The notes beneath the pieces are model-generated. The model did no database searches. It was given only the letters and a program-made list of their open reading frames with translations, and was not told where the DNA came from. The translations under genes were made by a program, and so were the position numbers. A stretch of 64,000 bases of DNA, taken from Planctomycetota bacterium. GTDB taxonomy: Bacteria > Planctomycetota > UBA1135 > UBA2386. The stretch lies in assembly GCA_016872675.1 (NCBI GenBank), contig VGZG01000009.1:1325-65324 (forward strand), read 5' to 3'. Positions 62,253 to 64,000 of the stretch are shown piece by piece (positions within the stretch are counted from its first letter, which is position 1; the number at the start of each line of letters is the position of its first letter).

Positions 62253-64000
62253 ATGACGAAGCAGAAGGGCCTGCCGCTCCGCGCCTTCGCGATCTTCCTG
62301 CTCGCGGCGGTCGTCGGCGTCGCCGGCGGCCTGCTCGGCAGCGGCTTCCAGAAGGGGCTGGACGCGATCCAGAACCTGCTGACCGGCCGCGCCGACCAGC
62401 AGTCGCTGCCCGACGCCGTGCGCGCCAACCTGGCGTGGTGGCAGACGTTGCTGGTGCCGACGCTCGGCGGCCTGTGCGCCGGCCTCTTGCTGCTGATCCT
62501 CGGCAACAAGAGGCCGCCGTTCGGCATCGCCGACCTCGTGATCATGGTGCAGCTGCGCAAGGGCGCGCTGCGCCTGCGCGACACCGTCGTGCAGATGATC
62601 TCCTCGGCGTGCACCATCGGCAGCGGCGGCTCGATCGGTCGCGAGGGCGCCAACTCCCACCTCGCGGCGATGGCGGCGACGCTGCTGGCGCGTTGGACGC
62701 GCATCGGCTCACGCCCGCGCGCGGTGCTGATCGGCTGCGGCATCGCCGCCGGCATGGCAACCTCCTACAACGCGCCGATCGCCGGCGCGATCTTCGTGAT
62801 GGAGGTCGTGCTCGGCAACTTCGCGATGGATGTCTGCGCGCCCATCGTGCTGTCGTCGGTGCTGGCGACGATCGTGCGCAAGCAGCTGCTCGACGAAGGC
62901 GCCGTCTACCAGGAAGCGGCGGCCGCGAGCGGCACCGAGCTGACGTGGTCGCTGATCCTGGCGGCGATCGCGCTCGGCGTGCTGTGCGGCTTCGGCGGCA
63001 TCTACTTCCGCGCCGGCCTGACCTGGGGTCGTCGTGCCTTCGGCGCGCTGCGCCTGCCACTGCCGGCGACGATGGCGCTCGGTGGGCTCGTCGTCGGCGC
63101 GATCGGCACGTTCATGCCCGAAGCCTGGGGCAACGGCATCGACGTCATCCGCCGGGTCGCCAGCGGCGACACCGGACTCGGCGTCGTGCTGACGCTGTTC
63201 CTGTGGAAGCAGGTGGCGACGATCGCGTCGGTCGGTTCCGGCGGGCTCGGCGGCATCTTCACGCCCAACCTCGTCATCGGCGCCGCCCTCGGCGCGCTGT
63301 TCGCGCAGGCGCTCGGCACATTCACCGCGCTCGACGCCGGCGAACGCACCGCCTACGTGTTCGTCGGCATGGCCGGCCTGACCGCGGCGACGATGCACGC
63401 GCCGGTGACCGCGCTGGTGCTCGTCTTCGAGCTGACCGGTCACTACGAGCTGACCCTGCCTGTCATGCTGTGCAGCATCGCCGCCAGCATCACCGCGTCA
63501 CTGCTCGACCGCGAGAGCTACTACACGGCCGCATTCCGCGCCAAGGGCGAAGACCAGCCCGGAGGCATCGAGGATCTCGCGATCCGCGCCACCTACGTCC
63601 GCGACGTGTTGCGCGGCGACGCGCTGGCGGTGCGCGACACAGCGAGCTTCACGGCCGTGATGAGCCTGCTGGCGGCGCACCGCGGCGACACGGTCTACGT
63701 GCAGGACGAAGCCGGCCACGTGGTCGGCCGCATCGAACTGCAGGACGTGAAGAATTTCCTCAACGACCCGAGCCTGACCTCGGTCGTGATTGCCGCCGAC
63801 ATGACCCGGCCGGCGGTGACGGCGCGACCCGATCAGTCGCTCGCGGCGCTGCTGCCGCTGTTCGACGACCCGGAACTGCGCGAGGTCGCCGTCATCGAGT
63901 CGGTCGCCAACCCGCGGCTGCTCGGTCGCGTTCGCCACCAAGACGTGCTGACGACTCTCGGCGACGAGGTGCTCGGCCAGCAGCGACGCACCGGCAGCAT
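62253..64000 (+). CDS. ClC-family voltage-gated chloride channel / H+-Cl- antiporter with C-terminal CBS domains (3' end outside window)
   Basis: My own translation, because this ORF is absent from the track (no stop in the window). MTKQKGLPLRAFAIFLLAAVVGVAGG..., CTIGSGGSIGREGA, GGIFTPN, then a CBS-like IRATYVRDVLRGDALAVRD...VYVQDEAGHVVGRIELQDV. In-frame upstream ATGs at about 62166 and 62178 are alternative starts; coordinates are +/- a few nt. Confidence 0.85.
   Translation, partial: MTKQKGLPLRAFAIFLLAAVVGVAGGLLGSGFQKGLDAIQNLLTGRADQQSLPDAVRANLAWWQTLLVPTLGGLCAGLLLLILGNKRPPFGIADLVIMVQLRKGALRLRDTVVQMISSACTIGSGGSIGREGANSHLAAMAATLLARWTRIGSRPRAVLIGCGIAAGMATSYNAPIAGAIFVMEVVLGNFAMDVCAPIVLSSVLATIVRKQLLDEGAVYQEAAAASGTELTWSLILAAIALGVLCGFGGIYFRAGLTWGRRAFGALRLPLPATMALGGLVVGAIGTFMPEAWGNGIDVIRRVASGDTGLGVVLTLFLWKQVATIASVGSGGLGGIFTPNLVIGAALGALFAQALGTFTALDAGERTAYVFVGMAGLTAATMHAPVTALVLVFELTGHYELTLPVMLCSIAASITASLLDRESYYTAAFRAKGEDQPGGIEDLAIRATYVRDVLRGDALAVRDTASFTAVMSLLAAHRGDTVYVQDEAGHVVGRIELQDVKNFLNDPSLTSVVIAADMTRPAVTARPDQSLAALLPLFDDPELREVAVIESVANPRLLGRVRHQDVLTTLGDEVLGQQRRTGS

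Noticed and set aside
1-64000. Mobile elements, prophage, defence islands, toxin-antitoxin pairs, rRNA/tRNA genes
   Set aside because: No transposase, integrase, recombinase, reverse transcriptase, nuclease-helicase defence modules, terminal inverted repeats or structured RNA genes were recognised on either strand. The absence rests on reading the translations only, without HMM searches.

Overview
This is a very GC-rich (judged by eye, not computed), densely coding stretch of bacterial chromosome with about 56 protein-coding genes. I found no rRNA, tRNA, CRISPR array, transposase, integrase or phage genes. Many lipobox lipoproteins and BamE-like proteins suggest a diderm organism. Start codons are rarely preceded by a GGAGG-like motif.

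Most long R/A/G-rich ORFs in the six-frame track are GC artefacts. Several long track ORFs are chimeras: a real gene at the 3' end, plus an out-of-frame read-through across the upstream gene at the 5' end. I trimmed those to internal ATG or GTG starts. Fifteen of these starts fall on a 4-nt ATGA/GTGA start-stop overlap with the upstream gene.

Recognisable housekeeping genes:
- argJ, tsaA, psd, trkH, der, mutL, holA-like
- a ubiE/ubiX/ubiA-type quinone set
- glgC, fdhD, pabB/pabC
- thiolase, crotonase, two cyclophilins
- nupC plus purine nucleoside phosphorylase
- an HD-GYP protein and a ClC channel

Loci most worth a second look:
1. An atypical glycogen operon. Its centre is one 1409-codon ORF that fuses a eukaryote-type GT3 glycogen synthase to a GT35 alpha-glucan phosphorylase. 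It sits with a GH133-type debrancher, a short GH57 and a DUF72 gene, divergent from glgC.
2. A translationally coupled triad: ATP-grasp ligase, esterase-fold protein and membrane-anchored SGNH hydrolase.
3. A coupled pair of an S51 (cyanophycinase/PepE-like) peptidase and an esterase, in the same co-directional array.
4. A B12-binding radical SAM enzyme that overlaps a GT4 glycosyltransferase tail to tail.
5. A 98-bp non-coding tandem repeat (3.2 copies) in front of argJ, each unit carrying a hairpin.

All functional proposals for these loci are inference from motifs read in the translations. No database search was possible.
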